A DNA stretch of 63,696 nucleotides, the filler included, from Octopus bimaculoides (Eukaryota): assembly GCF_001194135.2 (NCBI RefSeq). It is 7 parts of 5 records of this genome, joined end to end, with 100 filler letters (N's around TTAATTAATTAA, not from the genome) between each part and the next. Parts side by side here need not be neighbours in the genome. Positions count along the whole stretch, not along the records: positions 51,192 to 53,566 come from NC_068995.1; positions 53,667 to 59,331 come from NC_069007.1; positions 59,432 to 63,696 come from NC_068995.1; 4 more parts are not named here. One strand, given 5' to 3'. Positions 51,192 to 63,559 of the stretch are shown piece by piece. Each line of letters opens with the position of its first letter. Position 1 is the first letter of the stretch. A program made the position numbers and the translations under genes. The notes under the pieces were generated by a model. The model made no database searches, had not been told where the DNA came from, and was given only the letters and a program-made list of their open reading frames with translations.

Positions 51192-51437
51192 CTTGTGCGG
51201 GTGGCACATAAAAGACACCATTTCGAGCGTGGCCGTTTTCGTGCGGGTGACACGTAAAAGCACCCACTACACTCTCTGAGTGGTTGGCGTTAGGAAGGGC
51301 ATCCAGCTGTAGAAACTCTGCCAAATCAGACTGGAGCCTGGTGTTGCCATCCGGTTTCACCAGTCCTCAGTCAAATCGTCCAACCCATGCTAGCATGGAA
51401 AGCGGACGTTAAACGATGATGATGATGATGATGATGA
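51192..51437 (+). mobile_element. Element R 3' end
   Basis: Reads identical to 47935-48166. Confidence 0.8.
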
Positions 51438-51750
51438 CTGGAGCCCCTGTTGTCATAACCAGCAGAGTACCAGTGTTTCTGCGTGAGCTGGGTTATTTGT
51501 CTACAAATAGCAAATTGACTTCAGTATTTATTTCTTTTTAGCCCAGTTCTCACTGTCTTTTGTCAAGCCATTAAGTTATGGGGACATAAACAAACCAACA
51601 TGGTGAAAGTATGGTTTGCTTCTTCCCCAGCCATGAAGTTTGGGATTTGGTCTCACTGTGCAGCACTCAAGTGTCTTGTATAGCTCTTGGATGACCAATA
51701 TTGATACTATGCAAGAGAATTTGGTAGTCAGAAACTGCAGCAAACCCACT

Positions 51751-51807
<57 letters not shown>

Positions 51808-51997
51808 CACACACACTCACAGATGCACACATATAGATATACACATACACACACATATATATATGCACATGCATGTATATATATATATATATATACATAA
51901 CACACACACATATATATATAAATATATATATGTATGTATTTACATATATGTATATACATATTCATACATATATATACACACACACATATATATATAT

Positions 51998-52031
<34 letters not shown>

Positions 52032-53028
52032 ATNNNNNNNNNNNNNNNNNNNNNNNNNNNNNNNNNNNNNNNNNNNNNNNNNNNNNNNNNNNNNNNNNNN
52101 NNNNNNNNNNNNNNNNNNNNNNNNNNNNNNNNNNNNNNNNNNNNNNNNNNNNNNNNNNNNNNNNNNNNNNNNNNNNNNNNNNNNNNNNNNNNNNNNNNNN
52201 NNNNNNNNNNNNNNNNNNNNNNNNNNNNNNNNNNNNNNNNNNNNNNNNNNNNNNNNNNNNNNNNNNNNNNNNNNNNNNNNNNNNNNNNNNNNNNNNNNNN
52301 NNNNNNNNNNNNNNNNNNNNNNNNNNNNNNNNNNNNNNNNNNNNNNNNNNNNNNNNNNNNNNNNNNNNNNNNNNNNNNNNNNNNNNNNNNNNNNNNNNNN
52401 NNNNNNNNNNNNNNNNNNNNNNNNNNNNNNNNNNNNNNNNNNNNNNNNNNNNNNNNNNNNNNNNNNNNNNNNNNNNNNNNNNNNNNNNNNNNNNNNNNNN
52501 NNNNNNNNNNNNNNNNNNNNNNNNNNNNNNNNNNNNNNNNNNNNNNNNNNNNNNNNNNNNNNNNNNNNNNNNNNNNNNNNNNNNNNNNNNNNNNNNNNNN
52601 NNNNNNNNNNNNNNNNNNNNNNNNNNNNNNNNNNNNNNNNNNNNNNNNNNNNNNNNNNNNNNNNNNNNNNNNNNNNNNNNNNNNNNNNNNNNNNNNNNNN
52701 NNNNNNNNNNNNNNNNNNNNNNNNNNNNNNNNNNNNNNNNNNNNNNNNNNNNNNNNNNNNNNNNNNNNNNNNNNNNNNNNNNNNNNNNNNNNNNNNNNNN
52801 NNNNNNNNNNNNNNNNNNNNNNNNNNNNNNNNNNNNNNNNNNNNNNNNNNNNNNNNNNNNNNNNNNNNNNNNNNNNNNNNNNNNNNNNNNNNNNNNNNNN
52901 NNNNNNNNNNNNNNNNNNNNNNNNNNNNNNNNNNNNNNNNNNNNNNNNNNNNNNNNNNNNNNNNNNNNNNNNNNNNNNNNNNNNNNNNNNNNNNNNNNNN
53001 NNNNNNNNNNNNNNNNNNNNNNNNNNNG

Positions 53029-53566
53029 CATATTCCACTCAGTGGCCACATAGACTCTTGTGCCAGAAATAAAAATCCTAAATTCCATATATACCCTTTC
53101 TATCAATGTAAAGACAGAATCTCTACACAAGAAAGAATCAACAAGGAGAATCTTTTTATAGAGAAATTCCAAACGCTTCTTAACATACAAACTCCTCGGT
53201 GACCATATTCCCTTCTCTTGCCTACCCAACGAAATACATATAAATTTACTTCTTGTTTCTCTAAGAACAGACATAAACTTCCTGTTGATAAAGAGTCCAG
53301 AACTCCAACTAAAGAGTATAAAACCCACAGAATTGTCTTCCCTTACACACATACTTCCTGTTTTGACACCACACTTCCTGTTTTTAAACACAACGCCATT
53401 CTTAATTCCATGCATCCTAATCTTTCTAAAAATCATCTACATGGATTACCATTGAACTTTAAAAACTCAAAGACAATATAATGTATTGGTATATTTATTT
53501 TTTCATATATTTTTTATATTTTTGTAAAAAAAACATTATTTTCATTTTTCCTCTTCTTGAAAATTT
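53029..53566 (+). mobile_element. Penelope-like element 3' end (GIY-YIG endonuclease C-terminus plus terminal region)
   Basis: Translates HIPLSGHIDSCARNKNPKFHIYPFYQCKDRISTQERINKENLFIEKFQTLLN, the H..C...F.I.P...R...E..FI..F..LN pattern of PLE endonuclease ends. Confidence 0.7.
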
Positions 53567-53740
53567 NNNNNNNNNNNNNNNNNNNNNNNNNNNNNNNNNN
53601 NNNNNNNNNNTTAATTAATTAANNNNNNNNNNNNNNNNNNNNNNNNNNNNNNNNNNNNNNNNNNNNCACACACACGCATATATATATATATACACATACA
53701 TACATATATACACATATATATGTATACATAAAAATGCGCT

Positions 53741-53791
<51 letters not shown>

Positions 53792-54159
53792 CATGAACTC
53801 CTTGCATTGTGTATTGCAATACACAATAGCCTTCCGTGTTTGCATACACTCACTAATTTCAAAGAGAAGACAATGACGTCCACCAGGAAGCGAAAAGAGA
53901 AGGAAACATCTCTAAGAAAAGATCGACTGACCGACCAGACAAGAGAGAGAGAGAGAGAGAGACAAGCACCGCGCCCCACATTCGACTTGATATACGCAAC
54001 GGTCACACGGGCATGCGTATACGTTTGATAGAACAGACACACACACACAAACACACACTCGTACATACACTCGGAAAGACTCGTGCAGTAAGAGTAGAAC
54101 AGACTTGAAGAGACGTAGACAGACGCATTAATAGATACGTGTATGAATTATGAATTATG

Positions 54160-54338
54160 TGCCTGCATGGTTAGCAACTTGCTTACCGTGTAGTAAGAAG
54201 ATTGCTTCCCAACAACATGGTTCCGAGTTCAGTCCCACTGCTTGACAACTTGGACAAGTGTCTCCTACTATAGCCTCGAGCCGATGAAAACCTTGTGAGT
54301 GCATTTGGTGGACCGAAATTGGAAGAAGTCCGTCGTAT
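54160..54338 (+). mobile_element. SINE B 5' half
   Basis: gagttcagtcccactgc...ttggacaagtgtctcctactatagcctcg. Confidence 0.8.
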
Positions 54339-55019
54339 ATATATATATATATATATATATATATNNNNNNNNNNNNNNNNNNNNNNNNNNNNNNNNNNNN
54401 NNNNNNNNNNNNNNNNNNNNNNNNNNNNNNNNNNNNNNNNNNNNNNNNNNNNNNNNNNNNNNNNNNNNNNNNNNNNNNNNNNNNNNNNNNNNNNNNNNNN
54501 NNNNNNNNNNNNNNNNNNNNNNNNNNNNNNNNNNNNNNNNNNNNNNNNNNNNNNNNNNNNNNNNNNNNNNNNNNNNNNNNNNNNNNNNNNNNNNNNNNNN
54601 NNNNNNNNNNNNNNNNNNNNNNNNNNNNNNNNNNNNNNNNNNNNNNNNNNNNNNNNNNNNNNNNNNNNNNNNNNNNNNNNNNNNNNNNNNNNNNNNNNNN
54701 NNNNNNNNNNNNNNNNNNNNNNNNNNNNNNNNNNNNNNNNNNNNNNNNNNNNNNNNNNNNNNNNNNNNNNNNNNNNNNNNNNNNNNNNNNNNNNNNNNNN
54801 NNNNNNNNNNNNNNNNNNNNNNNNNNNNNNNNNNNNNNNNNNNNNNNNNNNNNNNNNNNNNNNNNNNNNNNNNNNNNNNNNNNNNNNNNNNNNNNNNNNN
54901 NNNNNNNNNNNNNNNNNNNNNNNNNNNNNNNNNNNNNNNNNNNNNNNNNNNNNNNNNNNNNNNNNNNNNNNNNNNNNNNNNNNNNNNNNNNNNNNNNNNN
55001 NNNNNNNNNNNNNNNNNNN

Positions 55020-55085
<66 letters not shown>

Positions 55086-55149
55086 GTACGTATCAGTAAT
55101 CTTAGTGCAAACGGTTTAAGAAAAAGAAGAAGCGTAACAAGTGAAATGG

Positions 55150-55230
55150 CGTCGTAAAACACATCCATATTGTAAGGAAACTGCAAGAGAAATATATTGA
55201 AAGCCAGTTTAAAACAGTTTAAGAGAAGAA
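55150..55230 (+). pseudogene. Short LINE reverse-transcriptase remnant
   Basis: IHIVRKLQEKYIE resembles the RTE RT segment before the FVD motif. Confidence 0.4.
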
Positions 55231-55448
55231 TGTCAACGGTGAAGAAAATGGTAAATAAATGGTTCTCTTACTCACTCGGCAGATGCATTTTATGCAGGGA
55301 TCTTCTGATATGAGAGGTATATACACTTCCTTTCCTTCATCGACACACTTGGCATCGGATCCTGCAAAATATGGAGGGATTTATTAACAGTTTATTTGCT
55401 AAACTGCTGAAGTAATCATGTATGTATGTATGTATGTATGTATGTATG

Positions 55449-55495
<47 letters not shown>

Positions 55496-55625
55496 TGTTT
55501 CTATTAACAAACCGGAACAATGTTTAAACGGAGGGGAAAAAACGGCAACAAACGGGTGCAAACAAAAGTTTTAAGCAAGACTTACTTCAGGCGTTCGAAA
55601 ATACGTCTGTCGTTTTCAGCAGTAA

Positions 55626-55671
<46 letters not shown>

Positions 55672-55672
<1 letters not shown>

Positions 55673-55757
55673 TGAACTTCTAACTTGTTGTCTCTTGAGG
55701 TCTCTGGGTGAGACTTGGATCCAACTTGTACAAATGCAGAACAAAAGTCAAACATAA

Positions 55758-55821
<64 letters not shown>

Positions 55822-55906
55822 TGAACTTCTAACTTGTTGTCTCTTGAGGTCTCTGGGTGAGACTTGGATCCAACTTGTACAAATGCAGAACAAAAGTCAA
55901 ACATAA

Positions 55907-55907
<1 letters not shown>
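55672..55907 (+). mobile_element. Two identical 87 bp Dong-type 3' ends in tandem within (AAT)n
   Basis: atgaacttctaa...tcttgaggtctctgggtgagacttgg...aaacataaa at 55672-55758 and 55821-55907, each flanked by (AAT)n. Confidence 0.65.
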
Positions 55908-55962
<55 letters not shown>

Positions 55963-56814
55963 GAAGAAGAAGAAGAAGAAGAAGAAGCGGAAAAATGGAA
56001 AGAGAGAGGTTGGTAAGAGAACAATGAAAGAAGAAACAGGAGGAGGAGGAGAAGTGGAAAAAGAGCAACAAGAAAAACTGAACAACACGGAACTGACAAA
56101 AAAAAATTGATAAATCCTTAAAAAAAAAAAAACGCAGCCAAATCTAAAGAAGGGATCTGGGGCTACGCTTGACGAATTTTCCATTATGAACTGCGTGGGA
56201 AAGAATCCGTCAGTTTATTGAGATAGATTTTATGTATATACATATGTACGTATATACGCATGTATGTATGTATGTACATTATATATAAAACGAGAGAGAG
56301 AGAGAGTGAGAGAGAATACAATTGAATTTATAGACGCCGTCTGCCTGGCATCCATGGAATATATTTTCAATTCAGTTACGATTATAAAATTTTTTTTATT
56401 CATAAAGTTTATAAGTTAATAATTACAATTGCAAGTTGGATTTCTTTGATGTCTTGGGGCAACACATCTGGTTGATTTCTTCTTTCTAATCATAGATTTG
56501 TACTTAGCTTGAACTGATACATATTTCCGAAGTCTCAGCTGTCCGTCGTAGGGCTTTGGTCGATGCAACACGGCATCTATAAATATAATAGTATATGTGG
56601 CTTTCGTTCTTTATATGCTTTTCCCTGAAGAAGCATTAAATCAAATTTGCCAAATAGGGTTGGGCTAGTTTGCACAAGTAAAGCATTCTACTGGGAGTTC
56701 GAATGTAATTACGTGTATATTTTTATATTCATGTGGTATGCAAAGTAAACTACAATTTCTTATAAAGTATCGATTTTTGCGTTGATTTTATATATGTATG
56801 TATATATATGCATA

Positions 56815-56935
56815 TCTTTGTGTCTGTTTGTCCCTCTCCACCATTCGACAACCAGTGTTGCTCTGCTTATGTGTCAGTAACCTAGCGGTTCGGCGATGAG
56901 GACTGACGTGAAGTGACTGAAATAAGTAAAAGATA
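56815..56935 (+). mobile_element. SINE B 3' fragment
   Basis: gtaacctagcggttcggc...gactgaaataagtaaaag. Confidence 0.7.
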
Positions 56936-56971
56936 ATATAAATATACACATACACATACTCACACACATAT

Positions 56972-57003
<32 letters not shown>

Positions 57004-57087
57004 ACATGCATATATATCTGTGTGTGTGTATATGTATGTCTTTGTATGAGTGTGTGTATGCATATATGCATGTGGGTGTTTGCATAG

Positions 57088-57139
<52 letters not shown>

Positions 57140-57304
57140 ATGGATAGCGTGACTGCCATGCTGCAAAGGTCTTAAATTAGTTCCAATCCTTGATTTGTTT
57201 ATAACTTCCAGCAATATTACTAAGATTAAGGAACGAACAATATTTGTAGACCATTTCAGCCGATTCTTAGAGAGACAGGAAGACTAAACAGTATACCTCT
57301 GCAT

Positions 57305-58412
57305 GAAGGAAGACACAATAGTTCAACTTAAAGAGCAACAAGAAAAATAAAGTGATTGATGGGGTTAATTTCGGGGTCAACAAGGAACAAAGTCCCCAGC
57401 TATTTAACAACTGGTGTTATATGACATTGTATTGTATACTCATAAATGCGGCATCATATCTATGGTGTGTTACGACTGTTTGAAACTAATGAGCGTGCCT
57501 TTACTTGGTCGTTCGATCTGCTAGGAATAGCAGCCAATTCTCTCTCAAATCCTATTCTAAATGGCGACTGAAGAGAAGAGGAAAGATATTTTGAAATATT
57601 TTGTTGAAATACAAATACAAAAAAGAAAAGGAAAATGAGTAGGACTCGGTTCGGAGTGGTACTGTGAGTGTCGTCTGTAATTTAGTATCATCGGACGCAG
57701 GAACGAGAATAACAAACCAAAGTATACGGGAAGCCATTCGATGTACTAGAAATAGCAGCTAAATTACACCTCTTTATGAAGAAAGATACAATAGTTCAAC
57801 TTAAAAACAATAACAAGGAAAATAAGTGATTGATGGGGTTAATTTCGGGGTCAGCTGTGAAAAAGGTCACCAGCTATTTAACGACTGGTGTTTAGATGAT
57901 GTTTTGTACAACAGTCGTAAATGAGGAATAATATTGACTGTGTGTTATGACTGTTTAAAACTAATGAGCGAGTCTCTTACTCGCTCGTTCGATCTGCTAG
58001 GAGTAGCAGCAGATTTTCTCTCAAACCCTATCGTACATAATGTCTGTGGAAAAGAAGAAAGACATTTTGAAATATTTCGTCGCTCAAATACAATTAAAAA
58101 ATTTTTTTAAAATTTTCTAGCCTTTAACCCTCCAACGCGGAGTATAGGCCACTTATAATTGAATTCCATGTCGCATAATTTTTCGCTTCTGTACTTATAC
58201 TCTGCCAGTTCGCCGCCTTATAAACGAAGAATATTATTCAAGGAGTGTTACGAATGTTTAAAACTAATGAGTGAGCCTCTACTCGGTCGTTTGATCTTCT
58301 AGACGTAGCAGTCAATTCTCTCTCAAATCCTATCGTACATATCGTCTGTGGAGAAGAGGAAAGATATTTTGAAACATTTCGTCGGTAAAATACAAATGCA
58401 AATGCAAAAAAT
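57305..58412. repeat. Diverged local triplication (two units of about 470 bp plus a partial third)
   Basis: gtgattgatggggttaatttcggggtca at 57351 and 57826; aaactaatgag...cgatctgctagg.tagcag...ctctcaaa.cctat occurs three times. Confidence 0.85.
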
Positions 58413-58582
58413 ACGAGGGGCTGTTGAACAGTTCCTAGCTTTAAGGGTATCGCAAAAGGNNNNNNNNNNNNNNNNNNNNNNNNNNNNNNNNNNNNNNNNN
58501 NNNNNNNNNNNNNNNNNNNNNNNNNNNNNNNNNNNNNNNNNNNNNNNNNNNNNNNNNNNNNNNNNNNNNNNNNNNNNNNNNN

Positions 58583-58627
<45 letters not shown>

Positions 58628-58697
58628 CATACTCACACACAAGCTTTGAGTTCTGTTTTCTTGTTTGCATCACCAAAAACAAAGTTATTTTAAACAC

Positions 58698-58845
58698 CCA
58701 CATGTAGCTATATTTAACAGCTACATGTGGTTGTTGTTTTTTAACGACTACATCTGGTTGTGTTTAATAGTCACATGTTTTAACAATTCCATGTGGTAAT
58801 TTTTAATAACACCCACATGTGGTTATTTTAGCAGCTGCATACGCT
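58698..58845. repeat. Short degenerate minisatellite rich in cacatgtg
   Basis: Repeated acatgtggt...ttta. Confidence 0.6.
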
Positions 58846-59008
58846 CATGTATACATAATACACATATCAGATAGAAGACAAAACCCAATGTTGATATTTT
58901 GAATTGGTTTAATACACGTGTTTCTAGAAGTTATGTATGATTTCCCTTACATAATATTATCACAATGATAATAATAATGATAATAATAATAATGATAATA
59001 ATAATAAT

Positions 59009-59179
59009 GCCCTGTAGAGTTCCTACAGAAAGTTTGTCTCCTAGGGACAGCAAGGATTATAAGGATGGTTCTAAGCACTCGAAAGACTACTGAAAACTTG
59101 TGGATACCCAAGGTTACAGGTAGTAACCCGCTACCCACATAAATCCTACCTCGAATAAAATCGAGCCTGAGTCAAACCA

Positions 59180-59180
<1 letters not shown>
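59009..59180 (+). mobile_element. R4/Dong 3' end between (AAT)n tracts
   Basis: Translates EFLQKVCLLGTARIIRMVL, followed by a 3' UTR with cccaaggttacaggtag and an (AAT)n tail. Confidence 0.85.
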
Positions 59181-59217
<37 letters not shown>

Positions 59218-59220
<3 letters not shown>

Positions 59221-59324
59221 GATGGCTATGAATGACTAAAAGTGATTTAAAACCGGAAACGGAGGCTCTAATCTGTGCTGCCCAAGAGCAAGCATTAAGA
59301 ACCAATTGCATTAAATACAGAATA
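59218..59324 (+). mobile_element. Second R4/Dong fragment inserted directly after the tail of the first
   Basis: Translates DLKPETEALICAAQEQALRTNCIKYRI. Confidence 0.82.
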
Positions 59325-60025
59325 TATATATNNNNNNNNNNNNNNNNNNNNNNNNNNNNNNNNNNNNNNNNNNNNTTAATTAATTAANNNNNNNNNNNNN
59401 NNNNNNNNNNNNNNNNNNNNNNNNNNNNNNNATATATATTGCTTTGTTTTTTGTTTTTTTGTTTGCTCCATTGACAATCGATTTTCCTTCAGAACTGGTG
59501 TTAGGTATTCGTAATGGAAAAGCCGAACGATAATGAGATTGACTGAATGACAGAATTGACTGAATGACAGAATGATCGAGTATAAGAACGTAAGGGCGAA
59601 TACAGTTGATAGCTGAAGACTTATTTCATCACTGAGAAAGAAACGAACACAAACGATAGGTGAGCTAATGTAGGTGAGCTCACACGTGGTCACACAACAA
59701 GGTAGAAATAACAACCAAATCTTTCATAAACCACTCCCCCGCAGCGTGTAATAAAGTTGATTTAATTACCCGCTTCCCAAAAATATGCCGGTGTTTGATC
59801 CAACGAGGAGGACTCCATGTGGTTTTTTGACCTGTTCCAAATAACAGCTCGTTGTTCATGTTACTATTGTTGTTGGTGGTGGTCGTGGTAGTCGTGGTTT
59901 TATTATTGTTGTTTTTGATAGTGATGATGTCTACTTCTAGACTACCCCGGAAACCAAGAAGCCAGTAGACTTCCAGATTATAAGCGTTCCAGATTTTAAT
60001 GTTTGACATGATGTCCCATCATACT

Positions 60026-60317
60026 CTTTTACTCTTTTACTTGTTTCAATCATTTGACTGCGGCCATGCTGGAGCACCGCCTTTAGTCGAGCAAATCGAC
60101 CCCAGGACTTATTCTTTGTAAGCCTAGTACTTATTCTATCGGTGTCTTTTGCCGAACCGCTAAGTTACGGGGACGTAAACACACTAGCATCGGTTGTCAA
60201 GCGATGTTGGGGGGACAAACACAGACACACAAACACACACATATATATAGACATATACATATATATGATGGGCTTCTTTCAGCTTCCGTCTACCAAATCC
60301 ACTCACAAGGCTTTGGT
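60026..60317 (-). mobile_element. SINE B (head lost in gap)
   Basis: Near-consensus B tail. Confidence 0.9.
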
Positions 60318-61194
60318 NNNNNNNNNNNNNNNNNNNNNNNNNNNNNNNNNNNNNNNNNNNNNNNNNNNNNNNNNNNNNNNNNNNNNNNNNNNNNNNNNNN
60401 NNNNNNNNNNNNNNNNNNNNNNNNNNNNNNNNNNNNNNNNNNNNNNNNNNNNNNNNNNNNNNNNNNNNNNNNNNNNNNNNNNNNNNNNNNNNNNNNNNNN
60501 NNNNNNNNNNNNNNNNNNNNNNNNNNNNNNNNNNNNNNNNNNNNNNNNNNNNNNNNNNNNNNNNNNNNNNNNNNNNNNNNNNNNNNNNNNNNNNNNNNNN
60601 NNNNNNNNNNNNNNNNNNNNNNNNNNNNNNNNNNNNNNNNNNNNNNNNNNNNNNNNNNNNNNNNNNNNNNNNNNNNNNNNNNNNNNNNNNNNNNNNNNNN
60701 NNNNNNNNNNNNNNNNNNNNNNNNNNNNNNNNNNNNNNNNNNNNNNNNNNNNNNNNNNNNNNNNNNNNNNNNNNNNNNNNNNNNNNNNNNNNNNNNNNNN
60801 NNNNNNNNNNNNNNNNNNNNNNNNNNNNNNNNNNNNNNNNNNNNNNNNNNNNNNNNNNNNNNNNNNNNNNNNNNNNNNNNNNNNNNNNNNNNNNNNNNNN
60901 NNNNNNNNNNNNNNNNNNNNNNNNNNNNNNNNNNNNNNNNNNNNNNNNNNNNNNNNNNNNNNNNNNNNNNNNNNNNNNNNNNNNNNNNNNNNNNNNNNNN
61001 NNNNNNNNNNNNNNNNNNNNNNNNNNNNNNNNNNNNNNNNNNNNNNNNNNNNNNNNNNNNNNNNNNNNNNNNNNNNNNNNNNNNNNNNNNNNNNNNNNNN
61101 NNNNNNNNNNNNNNNNNNNNNNNNNNNNNNNNNNNNNNNNNNNNNNNNNNAGGTACGACGAAATAACATGGACAAAAGGGAGCGATTAGAGTAT

Positions 61195-61530
61195 CAGGAG
61201 TGGACTCGCGGTCTTAGGATCGCAATTTCGATTCCCAGACCGGGCGTTGTGAGTGTTTATTGAGCGAAAACACATAAAAAGTTCCACGAGGCTCCGGCAG
61301 GGGATGGTGGCGAACCCTGCTGTACTCTTTCACCACAACTTTCTCTCACTCTTTCTTCCTGTTTCTGTTGTACCTGTAATTCAAAGGGTCAGCCTTGTCA
61401 CACTCTGTGTCACGCTGAATATCCCCGAGAACTACGTTAAGGGTACTCGTGTCTGTGGAGTGCTCAGCCACTTGCACGTTAATTTCACGAACAGGCTGTT
61501 CCGTTGATCGGATCAACTGGAACCCTCGAC
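61195..61530 (+). mobile_element. SINE C2
   Basis: Highly similar to the reverse complement of 50703-51090. Confidence 0.88.
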
Positions 61531-61720
61531 ATTCTTCACTCACATTATCAGAAAACATATTTAAGTGTACTGGTCGACTTATTGCATTGTTTAAAAGGAA
61601 CAATTTTTGGGTGGAAATATTATGCCTGGCAGTCTATCTTTCTACAGCACATTTAATGCGTACATTTATACTTATACTTCATATATATATATATATATAT
61701 ATATATACACTCGTAAGTCG

Positions 61721-61840
61721 GCCTCGTGGAGCTTTAGGTGTTTTCGCTCAATAAACACCCACAACGCCCGGTCTGGGAATCGAAACCGCGATCCTCCGAC
61801 CCCGAGTCCGCTGCCCTAACCAGTGGGCCATTGGGCCTCC
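61721..61840 (-). mobile_element. SINE C2 5' fragment, inverted relative to 61195-61530
   Basis: cctcgtggagctttaggtg...acaacgcccggtctgggaatcgaaaccgc. Confidence 0.85.
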
Positions 61841-62337
61841 AGTCTGGCAGAGAAGTAAAGCAATACTAAAGCTCTAGTGTTTTATTAATTGCTTATTGTA
61901 GTTATATTGATAGCTTTCCTGTAGGAAAACGTTTTTAGTTTACTCGACATTTCAGTTCTTTATTGATCAAACTTTCAGCGAGACATGAAGTTGGAAATGG
62001 ATTACTTTCATGTTTGAAAAGGAATAAACACACAGACACGGACACACAGACACACAGACACTCAAATTGTCTGTAGCAAAGTATGGCTGAATTTGTGTTC
62101 TTGGAGAAAGAACGCAACTCCTTAATTCTTATATTACAAATGACCAAGATATCTTAGACAATAAACGTCTGCAAGACCTTAAAATCTAAAGGAAGATGAA
62201 CAAAACAGGGTCTTTTCCCTCACAACCTTACTACCAAGCAGGGGGATAGTAAAACTTAACCCAAAATTAAAAAAGATAAAAGAAAAAAAGAAACAAATAT
62301 ACAAACATATATACATACATATGTATATACTTTTTTT

Positions 62338-62418
62338 TTACTCTTTTACTTGTTTCAGTCATTTGACTGCGGCCATGCTGGAGCACCGCCTTTAGTCGAG
62401 TAAATAGACCCCAGGACT
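62338..62418 (-). mobile_element. SINE B 3' end
   Basis: tactcttttacttgtttcagtcatttgactgcggccatgctggagcaccgcc. Confidence 0.85.
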
Positions 62419-63145
62419 TTTTTTTTTTTAATTTCTTCGAATTCCTTTGTTTTCAAACATTGTATATTACATTTTTGCGCCTCCCCTACCTCGCCATAAA
62501 ATCAGCTTTTCAAATTTTTTTATTTTTTCACCCACCCTTTAGTTTGTTTTTTTAAAACTTTTTAAGTTTTTTTTTTTTTTTCTTCTTCTTTTTAAGTGGC
62601 GAGGAGGATTCATTTTATTCAACTTTTAGAAATTCAGAGATTACGATATTCTGAAATGCTTTTCTCTTTATTTTTATTAATTAATTAATTTATTTATTTA
62701 TTTATTTTTAAATTTCAATCTGTTAATGTCAATCTCCTAATATGATTTTCCACTTTCATTTTGTGATCTTAAACCAAATGAATTCCAAAACATATATAGA
62801 GTTAATTGAAAATTAATGAAACAGAAAAATCATCAGTGTACATGAAATATTACCTCTGTACAACAATGTCCGCGGTGAAGTGTAACTTTTCACGGAGGAA
62901 ATCCCTCTCATTTACGCCTGTAAACGAACTGATGTCATGACAATTTTCGCTACACGGCACTATTATTCAAAAATAGCCTTTGAAGACCTTTTCAGTATTT
63001 GAGACTTAAAAGTATATAACGAGTAAACCAAAAATTAATAAACGAAATCAATGCCATCTGCATACATGAAAAATTATCTGATTATCTCTGCAGAACAAAA
63101 ATTCACGGAGACGCTTAAAGTTCATTGGTCGGCTCGATGCTATAC

Positions 63146-63559
63146 TCTCTTACTCTTTTACTTGTTTCAGTCATTTTGACTGCGGCCATGCTGGAGCACC
63201 GCCTTTAGTCGAGAAAATCGACCCCCCAGGACTTATTCTTTGTAAGCCTAGTACTTATTCTATCGGTCTCTTTTGCCGAACCGCTAAGTTACGGGGACGT
63301 AAACACACCAACATTAGTTGTCAAGCTATGCTGGGGGGAAGGGGACAAACACAGACACATACACACACACATACATATATATATATACATATATACGACG
63401 GCCTTCTTTCAGTTTCCGTCTACCAAATCCACTCATAAGGCTTTGGTCGGCCCGAGGCTATAGTAGAAGGCACTTGCCCAAGGTGCCATGCAGTGGGACT
63501 GAACCCGGAACCATGTGGTTCGTAAGCAAGCTACTTACCACACAGCCACTCCTACGCCT
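63146..63559 (-). mobile_element. SINE B, full length reference copy
   Basis: tRNA-like head, CORE-like segment, internal (TA/TG)n, A-like second domain and (gtaaaaga)n tail. Confidence 0.93.

Noticed and set aside
56620-56720. ctgaagaag followed by cgaatgtaattacgt
   Set aside because: GAAA box and cleavage triplet are not intact.
59610-59670. CTGAAGA...GAAAC spacing
   Set aside because: No stem III, NUH triplet or stem I.
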